A stretch of 59,556 bases of DNA, the filler included. It is 4 parts of 4 records of this genome, joined end to end, with 100 filler letters (N's around TTAATTAATTAA, not from the genome) between each part and the next. Parts side by side here need not be neighbours in the genome. Positions count along the whole stretch, not along the records: positions 13,362 to 43,827 come from DRR723986_1445; 3 more parts are not named here. One strand, given 5' to 3'. Below the pieces are notes generated by a model. It had not been told where the DNA came from. It saw only the letters and a list, made by a program, of their open reading frames with translations, and made no database searches. Positions 18,991-29,269 of the stretch are shown piece by piece. The translations under genes were made by a program, and so were the position numbers. Positions within the stretch are counted from its first letter, which is position 1. Each line of letters opens with the position of its first letter.

Positions 18991-20748
18991 ATGGCACAGA
19001 TGAAGAAGATCGGCGAACTGCTGGTAGAACAAGGCAAGATTTCCGAACGGGACGTGGAGCGTACCTTGCTCGCCCAGAGCGAGATGGGGGATATGTTCGG
19101 CCAGGTCCTGGTCAAACTCGGCCTGGTGTCAGAGCTGGACTTCGCCGGTGTGCTCAGCCAGCAGCTGGGAATCCCGCTGATTACTGCCCCGGAATACCCG
19201 GAGGAACCGGTGGCGCTGGAAGGCGTTGCCCAGGATTTCCTGTTCAGCAACCTGGTGGTGCCGATCGCTGTCAGCGACGCCGAGGTCAGCTTTGCCGCGG
19301 CGGTGCCGCAGGACCCGTTCATCAGCAAGGCCCTGGGTATGGCACTGGAAAAACCGGTGCGGGTGGTGCTGGGCCTGGAAAGCGATATCAACAAGGCCCT
19401 GCAGGCACACCTGCAGACGGCTGAGGGCGATGGCGACGAGGACGGGATCGACGACCAGTTCGCCGGCCAGAGCGACGATGAGTTCATCGAGCACCTCAAG
19501 GACCTTGCCAGTGAAGCGCCGGTCATCCGCCTGGTGAACCAGATTGTGCACCGGGCGGTGGACATGGGCGCGTCCGACATCCACATCGAACCCTTCGACG
19601 ACGGCCTGCACCTGCGCTACCGGGTGGACGGGGTGCTGCAGGATTATCCCGACGCACCGGGCGCCAACCTGGCCGCCGCCATCGCCTCGCGGATCAAGCT
19701 GCTGTCGCATATGAATATCGCCGAGCGGCGCCTGCCCCAGGACGGGCGCATCATGACCCGGGTGAAGGGGCACGAACTCGACCTGCGGGTCTCGACCATC
19801 CCCACGGTGCATGGCGAAAGCATTGTCATGCGGGTGCTGGACCGGGAGAGCATCCGGCTCAGCCTGCCCGATATGGGCTTCAGCGAGGATACCCTCGCAC
19901 GCTACCAGACTTTGCTGGCCCGCCCCCACGGGGTGCTGCTGGTGACCGGGCCCACGGGTTCCGGTAAGACCACCACCCTGTATGCCTCGCTGGCCTCACT
20001 GGACTCGGAGTCGCTGAAGATCATCACCGTGGAGGACCCGGTGGAATACCAGCTCGACGGGGTCAATCAGATCCAGGTACAGGCCCAGATCGAGCTCACT
20101 TTCGCCCGGGCGCTGCGTTCCATCCTGCGCCAGGACCCGGACATCATCATGATCGGGGAAATGCGCGACACGGAAACCGCCCAGATCGGTGTCCAGTCGG
20201 CGCTCACCGGCCACCTGGTGCTCTCTACCCTGCACACCAATACGGCAGCTGGCGCGATTACCCGGCTCGAGGATATGGGGGTGGAACGCTACCTGATTAC
20301 CTCCTCGGTCAACGGTGTGCTGGCCCAGCGCCTGGTGCGAACCCTGTGCAGCAGCTGCAAGGCACCGGTAGAGCTGACCGACGTGGCGATCCAGCAGTAC
20401 AACCTCAAGCGCTTCCTGCCCGCGGGGCAGCGCACTGTCTACCAGGCCAAGGGCTGCGCGAACTGCAATCACACCGGTTACACCGGGCGGACCTCCATCC
20501 ATGAACTGTTCCTGCTCGACGAGGTGATGCACCGCGTGATCATGAGCGGTGCCGACGCCACCAGCCTGCACAAGGCGGCCAGGGAGCAGGGCATGATCAC
20601 CCTGTTCGAGGACGGCCTGCGCAAGGTTGTCGAAGGCGTGACCTCCCTTGAGGAAGTGATGCGGGTCACCCAGGACCAGAGCGAATCGGAAGACGCGCCG
20701 GAAGCGGTGACAGCAGACCTGTCCCTCGCCCAGCCGGTGTCCGTGTAA
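18991..20748 (+). CDS. gspE: T2SS ATPase GspE with N-terminal MshEN-like domain
   Basis: GPTGSGKTTT, ASDIHIEP, LRQDPDIIMIGE, STLHTN, CxxC...CxxC. Confidence 0.95.
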   Translation: MAQMKKIGELLVEQGKISERDVERTLLAQSEMGDMFGQVLVKLGLVSELDFAGVLSQQLGIPLITAPEYPEEPVALEGVAQDFLFSNLVVPIAVSDAEVSFAAAVPQDPFISKALGMALEKPVRVVLGLESDINKALQAHLQTAEGDGDEDGIDDQFAGQSDDEFIEHLKDLASEAPVIRLVNQIVHRAVDMGASDIHIEPFDDGLHLRYRVDGVLQDYPDAPGANLAAAIASRIKLLSHMNIAERRLPQDGRIMTRVKGHELDLRVSTIPTVHGESIVMRVLDRESIRLSLPDMGFSEDTLARYQTLLARPHGVLLVTGPTGSGKTTTLYASLASLDSESLKIITVEDPVEYQLDGVNQIQVQAQIELTFARALRSILRQDPDIIMIGEMRDTETAQIGVQSALTGHLVLSTLHTNTAAGAITRLEDMGVERYLITSSVNGVLAQRLVRTLCSSCKAPVELTDVAIQQYNLKRFLPAGQRTVYQAKGCANCNHTGYTGRTSIHELFLLDEVMHRVIMSGADATSLHKAAREQGMITLFEDGLRKVVEGVTSLEEVMRVTQDQSESEDAPEAVTADLSLAQPVSV

Positions 20749-20757
20749 GCGCGCCCC

Positions 20758-21963
20758 ATGCCCCAGTTCAGCTATAAGGCAGTCGGCCGGGACGGCAAGG
20801 GCCGCGAAGGCGTGATCGAGGCGGACGGCCTGGAACTGGCCCAGCGCCAGCTGCGGTCCCAGGGGCTGACCTTGCTCAAGCTGGAAGCCGGCGCCGGCAG
20901 CAAGCCCGGTGACCTGGCAGCCGGCAAGCCGCCCAGCCGCCAGGAAGTACTGTCCATGACCTCGGAGCTGGCGGTGCTATTGCGCGCCGGCCTGCCGCTG
21001 GACCGTGCCCTGAAAGTGCTGATCGACATGGCCGCCCAACCGCAGATGAACGCCCTGCTGGCGGATCTGCTGAAAGCAGTGAAAGGGGGCAAGGCCTTCA
21101 GCGCCGCCTTGCTGCCGCACGAGAAAATCTTCGGCAATTTTTACGTCAGCATGGTGCGCGCCGGGGAAGCCAGCGGCCAACTGTCAGCGGTGCTGGACCG
21201 GCTGGTCGAGTATCTCGAGAACGCGAAGGCGAATCGCGACACCGTGGTGTCGGCGCTGATTTACCCGGCCATCCTGCTGGTGGTCGCGGTGCTCTCGATC
21301 GTGGTCATGCTGGGCTTCGTGGTGCCGCAATTCGAAACGCTGTTCGAAGACATGGGCGAGGCCCTGCCCGGGATGACCCGTATGGTCATCGCTGCGGCGG
21401 ATTTCATTGCTGCCTGGGGCTGGTTGCTGGCTATCGTCCTCATCGGCGGTGGAATATACCTGCGCCGCTGGGCGTCAACCCCGGAAGGGCGTGCGACGCT
21501 GCATGCGCGCTTGTTGCGCCTGCCGATCGCCGGCGGGATCGTTTTCGAATTCGAGGTGTCCAAGTTCGCCCGTACGGTCGGTACCCTGCTGGGTAACGGG
21601 GTTTCCCTGCTGAAGGCGATCTCTATTGCGATCGATACGGTGGACAACACGGTTATCAAGGAGTCGCTGGAGGTGCTGCCGCCGGCGGTGAAGGCCGGCA
21701 AGCGTATGTCGGTGGCCCTGGAAGAAACGAAGATGTTTACCCCTATGGTCATCCAGATGACCCGGGTGGGCGAGGAATCCGGCAGCCTCGACAAGATGAT
21801 GCTGGAACTGGCCAAGGTGTTCGACGATCACGTGCAGTCAGGGGTCAAGCGCAGCCTGACGCTGCTGGAGCCGGTGCTGATACTCAGCATGGGCTTCATT
21901 ATCGCGGTGATCATTATCGCTATCCTGATGGGCATCCTGTCGGTCAACGACCTGGCCGTGTAA
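20758..21963 (+). CDS. gspF: T2SS inner-membrane platform protein
   Basis: LLRAGLPL, AGEASGQL, ALIYP, VGEESG.L, LLEP. Confidence 0.95.
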   Translation: MPQFSYKAVGRDGKGREGVIEADGLELAQRQLRSQGLTLLKLEAGAGSKPGDLAAGKPPSRQEVLSMTSELAVLLRAGLPLDRALKVLIDMAAQPQMNALLADLLKAVKGGKAFSAALLPHEKIFGNFYVSMVRAGEASGQLSAVLDRLVEYLENAKANRDTVVSALIYPAILLVVAVLSIVVMLGFVVPQFETLFEDMGEALPGMTRMVIAAADFIAAWGWLLAIVLIGGGIYLRRWASTPEGRATLHARLLRLPIAGGIVFEFEVSKFARTVGTLLGNGVSLLKAISIAIDTVDNTVIKESLEVLPPAVKAGKRMSVALEETKMFTPMVIQMTRVGEESGSLDKMMLELAKVFDDHVQSGVKRSLTLLEPVLILSMGFIIAVIIIAILMGILSVNDLAV

Positions 21964-21991
21964 GTACCTGAACGACTGAGAACTGGGAATT

Positions 21992-22435
21992 GTGACCATG
22001 CTGCAACACCGTACACGCCGAAACGAGCGCCGCCAGCGCGGCTTTACCCTGATGGAACTGCTGGTGGTGCTGGCCATCCTCGGTCTGCTGATGAGCCTGG
22101 TTGGGCCACAGGTGTTGAACCAGCTCGGTGGCGCCAAGACCAAGACCGCGGCCATCCAGATCAAGGACCTGGAACAGTCGCTGGAGATGTACAAGCTCGA
22201 CGTCGGCCGTTTCCCCTCCACCAATGAAGGTCTCAGTGCGCTGGTGGTCAAGCCTGCCGGCGCGGCGGGCTGGAACGGCCCCTACCTGAAGTCCGCCGTA
22301 CCCCTGGACCCCTGGAAACGTGAATACAACTACAAATACCCCGGTGAGCGCGGCGAGCTGGATATTTTCAGCTACGGCCAGAACGGCACCCCGGGCGGGG
22401 AGGGGGAAGATGCTGACGTGGGTAACTGGCAATAG
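21992..22435 (+). CDS. gspG: T2SS major pseudopilin
   Basis: RG|FTLMELLVV, YKLDVGRFPS..EGL.AL, WNGPYL, DPW, D.DVGNW. Confidence 0.96.
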   Translation: MTMLQHRTRRNERRQRGFTLMELLVVLAILGLLMSLVGPQVLNQLGGAKTKTAAIQIKDLEQSLEMYKLDVGRFPSTNEGLSALVVKPAGAAGWNGPYLKSAVPLDPWKREYNYKYPGERGELDIFSYGQNGTPGGEGEDADVGNWQ

Positions 22436-22470
22436 CCTGACGGCCCCCGGCACTCGCTGGTGAATTGCTG

Positions 22471-22950
22471 ATGACCGCGCTGCCCCGGCGCAATCGCGTC
22501 ACTGCTTCCCAGAATGCCGGCTTCACCCTGCTGGAACTGCTGGCGGCCCTCACCGTGGTGGGCCTGGTCCTCGCGGTTTCCATACCCTCTACGGTGCGTT
22601 TCTACGATTCCATCCAGTACCGGCAATCGATCCGCGATACCGTCACGGTGCTCGCCTCGGCGCGTCACGAGGCGGTGACCAGCGGTGTGGCCCAGGATGT
22701 ACTGATCAACCCGCGAGAGCGCTCGGTGCGCTACGGCGATACCGTTCATCAGTTGCCTGAGGTGGTAAACATCGCCGTGCATTCCGCACAGGAAGTTAAC
22801 CGGCAGGACGAGGGGGTTATTCGCTTCTACCCGGAAGGCGGCTCCAGTGGCGGTGGTGTCGACATCGAACGCCCCGGGGTTGGCGGCGTCAGCATCCAGG
22901 TCGACTGGCTGGTCGGACGAGTCACCCATGAGACCTTCGAGATCAACTAG
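22471..22950 (+). CDS. gspH: T2SS minor pseudopilin H
   Basis: G|FTLLELL, IRFYPEGGSSGG, VDWLVGRV. Confidence 0.88.
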   Translation: MTALPRRNRVTASQNAGFTLLELLAALTVVGLVLAVSIPSTVRFYDSIQYRQSIRDTVTVLASARHEAVTSGVAQDVLINPRERSVRYGDTVHQLPEVVNIAVHSAQEVNRQDEGVIRFYPEGGSSGGGVDIERPGVGGVSIQVDWLVGRVTHETFEIN

Positions 22951-23338
22951 GCGCGATACGCGCAGCCGGGCCGCGGGGTTTTCCCTGCTGGAGATGGTTG
23001 TCGCCATCGCGATTCTGTCGCTGGCGCTGGCCGCGCTCTACCAGGCCGCCAGCGGCGCGACGCGCAATGTCCGCACCGACGAGAAATACGCCTTCGGTGT
23101 GGAGCTGGCCCGCTCACTGCTGGCAGATAATGCCCGCGTCCCGCGCAACGGCATCAGCAGGCGAGGCGAAACCGACGGCGGCTTTATCTGGAGCGTGCAG
23201 ACCCGCCCGGTTCCGCTGCAGCGCGGCGGCCTGCCCCAGGGGAGCCTGCACTACATCGATATCGAAGTCGGCTGGACCGACGGCCGGCGCCCCGGGCGCT
23301 TCGTGCTGAGCTCGGTGGTTGAGGGGATCCGCAAATGA
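22928..23338 (+). CDS. gspI: T2SS minor pseudopilin I
   Basis: G|FSLLEMVVAIAI; position in cluster. Confidence 0.85.
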   Translation: MRPSRSTRRDTRSRAAGFSLLEMVVAIAILSLALAALYQAASGATRNVRTDEKYAFGVELARSLLADNARVPRNGISRRGETDGGFIWSVQTRPVPLQRGGLPQGSLHYIDIEVGWTDGRRPGRFVLSSVVEGIRK

Positions 23339-23964
23339 TCCTGCCTGCTACAGCCTTTGCTGCCCGACGCGGTTCTGCGGCAGCCGGTTTCACCCTGGTC
23401 GAGGTGATGGTCGCCCTGACCATCCTGTCGCTGGTGATGGTCGTCACCGTCACCGGCTTCCGCACCCTGGGCAATACCCAGGTCTCCATCGACCGCATGA
23501 CCGACCGTGTTGACGAGATTCGCAGTGTCAGTTCCTTCTTGCGGGATGCGTTTGAGGCCACCGTTGTTGGGGATGACAACGAGGGGCTGACCCTTGGCGG
23601 CGGAGGTGGCTCAAGCAGTGACGGGTTCTTCCGGATTGCCGAGCAGGGCGTGGAGTGGCGTTCCGCCCTGTTGTTTGGAGAGGCTTTCGGCGGCAGCTTT
23701 TATTTGCGCCTGGTGAAGCAGGATGACGCGCTGGTGCTGCAGTGGCAGGAGCCCCGCGGTCGGCGACCCAGCCCCTGGGCGGACAGTCAATCCCGAGTGG
23801 TGATCGACCAGGTGGAGGCGTTCACTGTAGCCTACAAACGCGAGCCTGGCGGTCCGTGGCAGGAACAGTGGGACCGCAGTATCTCAACGCCCTCGCTGAT
23901 CCGCCTCAGCATCAAGTCTTCCGGGCGCTACTGGCCGGACCTGATCATGGACATGGGCCGATGA
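23335..23964 (+). CDS. gspJ: T2SS minor pseudopilin J
   Basis: G|FTLVEVMVALTI; C-terminal W...W....P.LIRL...WP. Confidence 0.85.
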   Translation: MILPATAFAARRGSAAAGFTLVEVMVALTILSLVMVVTVTGFRTLGNTQVSIDRMTDRVDEIRSVSSFLRDAFEATVVGDDNEGLTLGGGGGSSSDGFFRIAEQGVEWRSALLFGEAFGGSFYLRLVKQDDALVLQWQEPRGRRPSPWADSQSRVVIDQVEAFTVAYKREPGGPWQEQWDRSISTPSLIRLSIKSSGRYWPDLIMDMGR

Positions 23965-24797
23965 AACCGACTGCAGGCTCATCAGAGCGCCGACGGTTCT
24001 CGCAGGGCGGTGTTGCCCTGGCTATCGTGGTCTGGTTTATCGCCGGGATGTCATTGCTGGTGGCGGGTATTGTGGCCCAGGCCCGGGTGGATACCCGACT
24101 GGCTCAGGTACATGCCGATCGCGCGCGCCTGGTGGCGGCAGGTGACGGCGCGATCAGGTTGTTCATCTCGGAGCTTGCCGTACTGTCGGAGCAGGGCGGC
24201 AGGTCCCAGGGCTTTAGCTTACCCACGTATCGGCTTGGCGAATTGAGCGTCAGCATTGAAGCGGTACCGGTCGCAGCGCTGATAGACCTCAACGCCGCCC
24301 AGCTGCCGCTGTTGCGGGAATTGTTTGTCGCAGCCGGCGGCCTGTCGCAGGCGCAGGCCAACGAGATGGCCCAGGCGATTGTGCGGTGGCGCAGCCCCGG
24401 GCAGCGCCGCGGAAGTGGCAAGCGCTTCGACTCGGTGGAAGATATCATGCGGGTCCCCGGCATGAGGCGACAGCTGTATGACAATATTCGGGATCATGTC
24501 GCTGCTGGTGCCGGCGTTGGCGGTGCTCTCATGTATGAGCTCGCTGACCCGGTCATCAGGCAAGCCGCGCGCCGAGCCGGAATAGCGCCCGGTCAGGGGG
24601 CGGCGCCTGCTGATCGACGTGGGATTTTTGCCTCTGGCCGCGCCTTGCGCGTGGATGCGATAATCACGACCGGAAACCGGCGCTGGACGCGAAGGCAATG
24701 GCTGACGCCCGGCGCCAGCGCAAATTCGAGTCTGCCCTGGGGGGCGGTAAAGATCGAGGCCCCGCGGGTACTCAGGCCGATTACGCAGACAGGATGA
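23961..24797 (+). CDS. gspK: T2SS minor pseudopilin K
   Basis: G|VALAIVVW (no Glu5), IDLNAA, F.SVED..RVPGM. Confidence 0.85.
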   Translation: MKPTAGSSERRRFSQGGVALAIVVWFIAGMSLLVAGIVAQARVDTRLAQVHADRARLVAAGDGAIRLFISELAVLSEQGGRSQGFSLPTYRLGELSVSIEAVPVAALIDLNAAQLPLLRELFVAAGGLSQAQANEMAQAIVRWRSPGQRRGSGKRFDSVEDIMRVPGMRRQLYDNIRDHVAAGAGVGGALMYELADPVIRQAARRAGIAPGQGAAPADRRGIFASGRALRVDAIITTGNRRWTRRQWLTPGASANSSLPWGAVKIEAPRVLRPITQTG

Positions 24798-24806
24798 GGA
24801 CAGTGA

Positions 24807-25823
24807 ATGTCGCAAAGTAGCGACAATTGGATGTTGTTCGGATATGACGTTCGGGATTTTGGCCGCCTGTGGCGGGTAGCCTGGACGGATTTCCTGTGGG
24901 CGGACGATTCACCGGTGAAGAACCAGCTGGACGATATCGTCAGCGTGCAGGAGGGTGCCGAATCAGGGGCCTATCAGGCCGGACGCAAGGTTGCGCATGA
25001 TCCCGTGTCCCTGCGCGCGGTTGCCCTGCCCGAAGACCTGGTACTGGTGCGTCGCTTATCCCTGCCGGCGGCAGCGCTTCCCAACCTTGAGTCAGTCGCG
25101 GGTCTCGAGGTCGGAGCCAGCAGTCCGTTTTCCGCGGATGACACGACGTCCGGCTGGGTTCTCCTGCCAGGGCACCTGGATAAGCTTGACCTGAGGATTG
25201 TGATCGCCTCGCGCAGCGCGGTGATGTCCCATCTGTCGCGCGAGCACGATGTTCACGAGCCTGCGGAGCGGGAAGTCTGGGCGAGAGTGGATGAGCAGTG
25301 GGTTGTATTGAAAGGCTTCGGGGAAGGCCAGCGGCGGGCCAGTTACCGGCAGCGTCTGCAGCGGGTTGGTTTTATGATTGCTGCGGCGGCAGCCCTGTTG
25401 CTGCTGATTGTGGCAGCGAACGTAGGCTTCAAGCAGCTCGAGCTGAACCAGCTGGAAAACCTGGCGGCCTACACCCAGCGCGAAGCGGCAACCGCCATGG
25501 AGCTGCGTGGCCAGTTGACCGACATAAATGAAACCATCTCGGAAGTGAACCGGCTGGTGGCGGCTTACCCAAGCCCCCATGTGGAGTTGGCGCGCCTGAC
25601 CCAGCTGCTTGGCGATGACGCGTTTATCCAGCAGTTCCAGATGAACGGGCGGGAGATTCGCTTGCGTGGCCAGGCGGCAGATGCCGCTGGCGTGATGCAG
25701 TTGCTGACCGAACAGGACGCCTACAGCTCGGTGACAGCGCCGCAGGCGATTACCAAGATTTCCAGTTCCACCAAGGAGCAGTTCTACCTGAACATCACGC
25801 TCGCTGCGGAGAACGCGGGATGA
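24807..25823 (+). CDS. gspL: T2SS GspL (PilN-like periplasmic domain)
   Basis: LVRRLSLPAAA..NL, SPF, one TM segment, then LRGQAADA; position in cluster. Confidence 0.8.
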   Translation: MSQSSDNWMLFGYDVRDFGRLWRVAWTDFLWADDSPVKNQLDDIVSVQEGAESGAYQAGRKVAHDPVSLRAVALPEDLVLVRRLSLPAAALPNLESVAGLEVGASSPFSADDTTSGWVLLPGHLDKLDLRIVIASRSAVMSHLSREHDVHEPAEREVWARVDEQWVVLKGFGEGQRRASYRQRLQRVGFMIAAAAALLLLIVAANVGFKQLELNQLENLAAYTQREAATAMELRGQLTDINETISEVNRLVAAYPSPHVELARLTQLLGDDAFIQQFQMNGREIRLRGQAADAAGVMQLLTEQDAYSSVTAPQAITKISSSTKEQFYLNITLAAENAG

Positions 25824-26386
25824 ACTGGCTGAAAACGCACCGGCAAACCGCATGGATAGTCGGTTTAAGTTTGCTTATCCCGGTTGTTCTGTACCTTTAC
25901 CTGCTGGGGAACCTGCTGGCAGTCCGCTCGGACATCCAGGGGGAAATCGACCGGCTGTCGCCACGGGTGGCGAGAATGCAGGGCTTGCGCGATGCACAGG
26001 CTGACATGGAAGCTGCGCTGGCCGACGGTGGTCGCGAGAACGCGGGGATGGTTTACCCGTCGACCCAGGATGAGGCGGCGGTGTCTGCTGCGCTGCAGGC
26101 AGAAGTCCGTCGTCTGCTGGGCGATGCCGGGATGTCGATCAGTAACAGCCAGGTGCTGCCCGCTGAGGAGCTGGCCAGTTTTGATCGTATCGGCATCAAT
26201 GTGACGGCAACCGGTGATGTCGCATCCCTTGATGCTGCGCTGGAAAGCCTTGCCATCTACCGGCCGATGCTGCTGGTGGAATCGCTGGACGTGTATCCCA
26301 ACAGGAGTCGCAGTCGGGGTGATGGGCAAGCCCCTCAGACCATTACCGCGCGCTTACAGATCATGTCACTCAGGTCCGCCTCGTGA
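25820..26386 (+). CDS. gspM: T2SS GspM
   Basis: N-terminal TM segment, A.AALQ..VR, P.LLVESL; position in cluster. Confidence 0.8.
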   Translation: MNWLKTHRQTAWIVGLSLLIPVVLYLYLLGNLLAVRSDIQGEIDRLSPRVARMQGLRDAQADMEAALADGGRENAGMVYPSTQDEAAVSAALQAEVRRLLGDAGMSISNSQVLPAEELASFDRIGINVTATGDVASLDAALESLAIYRPMLLVESLDVYPNRSRSRGDGQAPQTITARLQIMSLRSAS

Positions 26387-27030
26387 ATATTGTTGAGTGG
26401 GCAAAAGCCCGCTACGGCCTGCGCACCAACCCGCTAATGGCGGAGCGGCGCGTCGAGCTGCTTGTGCTGGTGTTGGCTCTGTTGTTAGTGCTCCATGTCG
26501 TGCTGGGCCTGGTGTTTGCTCTCCTGCGCGCAGGTCCCGAGCGCGTGTTGCCGGCGGCGGATTCACTCAGGGTATCGCAGCTGCAGTTGTTTGATCCGCT
26601 GACGGAGGACCAGTCAGCGGGCATCGTGTCACGCCCCCTGTTCTGGGAATCACGCCAGCCGCTTCAAGGCGTCGCTGTCGTCGCACCGGCAAAGGACGAC
26701 AAGCCGAAGGCTGTAGGTGAATTGAAAGGTGTTAAGCTGGTCGGGATTTTCGGCGGTGGCAGCGAGGGCGGTGCCATCGTGATGGTCAAGGGTAACAAGC
26801 AGCGTGTACTGGTCGGTGCGGACTTGGAAGGCTGGCGGCTGGAGTCTATTGCATCGGACCGGGCAGTGTTTGTCAGTGGGGCTGCCAGAGATGAAAAACT
26901 GCTGGCCACGGCGACACCGGAGCAACTCGCGCCAGCGCCGCAACCGGCCGCCGGCGCAAAGCGTGCGAAACCAGAACCGGCCCTGCCATCCGGGGAATTG
27001 ACCCTGGGAGGCATGGTGTCCGGAAAATGA
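26383..27030 (+). CDS. XpsN-like / GspC-equivalent T2SS protein
   Basis: TM segment, RPLFWESRQP, LVGIF..G..G.AI, G..LEGWRL.SI; lies between gspM and gspD as xpsN does. Confidence 0.7.
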   Translation: MNIVEWAKARYGLRTNPLMAERRVELLVLVLALLLVLHVVLGLVFALLRAGPERVLPAADSLRVSQLQLFDPLTEDQSAGIVSRPLFWESRQPLQGVAVVAPAKDDKPKAVGELKGVKLVGIFGGGSEGGAIVMVKGNKQRVLVGADLEGWRLESIASDRAVFVSGAARDEKLLATATPEQLAPAPQPAAGAKRAKPEPALPSGELTLGGMVSGK

Positions 27031-27052
27031 TAAGAACAGGGGATAGAACCAA

Positions 27053-29269
27053 ATGAATTTGCACAGCAAGCGTTTGCTGACGGTGATTCTTCTGGCCGGC
27101 ATCAGTACGGTGATGCTCGGGTGTGCGGCGCTGGACCAGCGCGGGTCGGACGCTGAAGCTCAATCTTCTTCCGGAGCCACTGAATCCAAATCCCAGGTCG
27201 ACGCCGAGGCGCCGCTGGCAACCAATGCCGCGCAACTGGCCCGGGACGAGGAGCTGGTCAGCACGGATCCCATTATCTACCGTGGCGATGACCGGCCGGT
27301 GAAAATGCCGGCAAAAGAAGCGCCAGTGCGCTTCGTCGGCGAAGACGTCAGCCTCAATTTCGAAGCCGCTCCCCTGTCAGAAGTGGTGCACGCGGTGATC
27401 GGCGATATCCTCGGACTCGACTATGTGGTGGATGGGCCGATCAATGGCCAGGTGACCTTGCGCACCCGCACGCCTATTCCCCGGGACCAGTTGCTGGTCG
27501 TGCTCGAGTCCCTGTTGAAAGCAAACAACACCCTGATGATTCGCGGTGAGGAAGGCCGTTACCTGGTGACCGCCTCGAACCAGGCGACCCGTCTGTACCC
27601 GGGTCTGGACAGCCCCTACGACACGGCGGCCGGTTACAGTACGATTATCATTCCCCTGCAATACATCAGTGCCAGCGGCATGGCCGAAATTCTCAAGCCG
27701 CTGGCAGAAGAGAATGCCTTTGTCAGGGTAGATAACTCGCGCAATATCCTGATGCTGGCCGGCACCCGCACCCAGTTGGGCGGTTGGCTGGAAATCATAG
27801 AAACCTTCGATGTCGACCGGCTCAAGGGTATGTCCGTGGGCCTGTTCCCGCTGGAGAACAGCGGCGTGGAGGAAACTGCCAGCGCGCTGTCAGCCCTGCT
27901 GGGCGCAGACGGCGCGGGAGGAGGCACGTCTGGCGGCGGCGACCTCGGCCAGCTGGTTCGGGTCATTCCCTTCAAGCGCCTGAACAGCATTCTTATTGTT
28001 ACGCCGCGGGCGCACTACCTGGATATCGTGGGAACCTGGATAGAACGCCTGGACACCGCCCAGACCGGGCCGGGCGAGAAACGCCTGTTCGTCTACCCGG
28101 TGCAGAACACCACCGCCAGCCGCCTGGCGCAGTTACTCAACAGTATTTATTCCGGTGGGGGTGCGGCAGGTGGTGACATCGCAGCCGGGACCGCGGGAGC
28201 CCAGACTACCCGTGGCGTGGCACCGGGTCTTACGCCTGAAACCATTGGTAGCACCACCGGCGGCAGCATGTCCGCTACGGGCGGCCCGAGCAATTTCGGC
28301 AGCAGTGGCTCAGACAGTGCGCCGATCTCCGCGCTGACCATGGCGGGGAACAGCAGCAATTCCATGGTGGAAGACGTGCGGGTGGTGGCTGACGACGAGA
28401 ACAATGCGCTGATGATTTATGCCACCGGTGTCCAGTACAAACTGATTACAGCGGCGCTGGAGAAGCTGGATATCGCGGCGACCCAGATCATGATCGAGGC
28501 GAGTATCGTCGAAGTAACGCTCACCGACGAACTGCGCTACGGCCTGGAGTGGACTTTCAAGGGCGGCCTGGGCAGCAACTACGACGGCGTGGGTGTGCTC
28601 GCTGACGCAGCCAGCGGTCCAGCGGCGCTGGCCCCCGGCTTTTCCTATGCTGTTACCAACTCGATTGGCGACATCAGCGCGGTGTTGAACGCCCTGTCCC
28701 AGGAGTCGCTGGTCAACATCATCTCCACCCCGTCGGTCATGGTGCTGGACAACCACACCGCCTATATCCAGGTAGGTGAGCAGATACCGGTCAGGCGCGG
28801 CACCACCGTCACCGATGGCGGTACCACCACGGAGAACATCGAATACCGCGATACGGGTGTTCTGTTGAATGTGCGCCCCTCGGTTAATGCCGGTGGCCTG
28901 GTGACCATGGATATCGAGCAGTCGGTAACCGATGTAGGCCAGCTGGACGTGGGCGGCAACCGTCGCTTCCTCGAGCGCAAGATCCAGAGCCGGGTGGCGG
29001 TGCGCTCCACGGAATCGGTGGTACTTGGTGGGCTGATCAGGGAAAATGCGTCCAACAGCGATGACGGGGTCCCGTTCCTGCACAAGGTGCCGGTTGTCGG
29101 TAGCCTCTTTGGCACGACTGAAAAGACCAACAACCGCACGGAGCTGATCGTCATTATCACGCCGCGGGCCCTGTATAATGAAACCGAGCTTCGTGAAGTC
29201 AGTGACGAGATGCGCTCCAAGATCCGCAACCTGGACCTGATCAACCCGAAAGACTCGATCTGGAACTGA
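27053..29269 (+). CDS. gspD: T2SS secretin with lipoprotein signal peptide
   Basis: VSLNFE.APL, QIMIEASIVEVTL, PSVMVLDN..A.IQVG.QIP, GVPFLHKVP..G.LF, RTELIVIITP; lipobox MLGC. Confidence 0.95.
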   Translation: MNLHSKRLLTVILLAGISTVMLGCAALDQRGSDAEAQSSSGATESKSQVDAEAPLATNAAQLARDEELVSTDPIIYRGDDRPVKMPAKEAPVRFVGEDVSLNFEAAPLSEVVHAVIGDILGLDYVVDGPINGQVTLRTRTPIPRDQLLVVLESLLKANNTLMIRGEEGRYLVTASNQATRLYPGLDSPYDTAAGYSTIIIPLQYISASGMAEILKPLAEENAFVRVDNSRNILMLAGTRTQLGGWLEIIETFDVDRLKGMSVGLFPLENSGVEETASALSALLGADGAGGGTSGGGDLGQLVRVIPFKRLNSILIVTPRAHYLDIVGTWIERLDTAQTGPGEKRLFVYPVQNTTASRLAQLLNSIYSGGGAAGGDIAAGTAGAQTTRGVAPGLTPETIGSTTGGSMSATGGPSNFGSSGSDSAPISALTMAGNSSNSMVEDVRVVADDENNALMIYATGVQYKLITAALEKLDIAATQIMIEASIVEVTLTDELRYGLEWTFKGGLGSNYDGVGVLADAASGPAALAPGFSYAVTNSIGDISAVLNALSQESLVNIISTPSVMVLDNHTAYIQVGEQIPVRRGTTVTDGGTTTENIEYRDTGVLLNVRPSVNAGGLVTMDIEQSVTDVGQLDVGGNRRFLERKIQSRVAVRSTESVVLGGLIRENASNSDDGVPFLHKVPVVGSLFGTTEKTNNRTELIVIITPRALYNETELREVSDEMRSKIRNLDLINPKDSIWN

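Noticed and set aside
21992-24797. Pilin-like genes as a type IV pilus or Tad system
   Set aside because: GspG-specific motifs (WNGPYL, DPW), a GspK lacking Glu5, no PilT and the gsp gene order all indicate T2SS.
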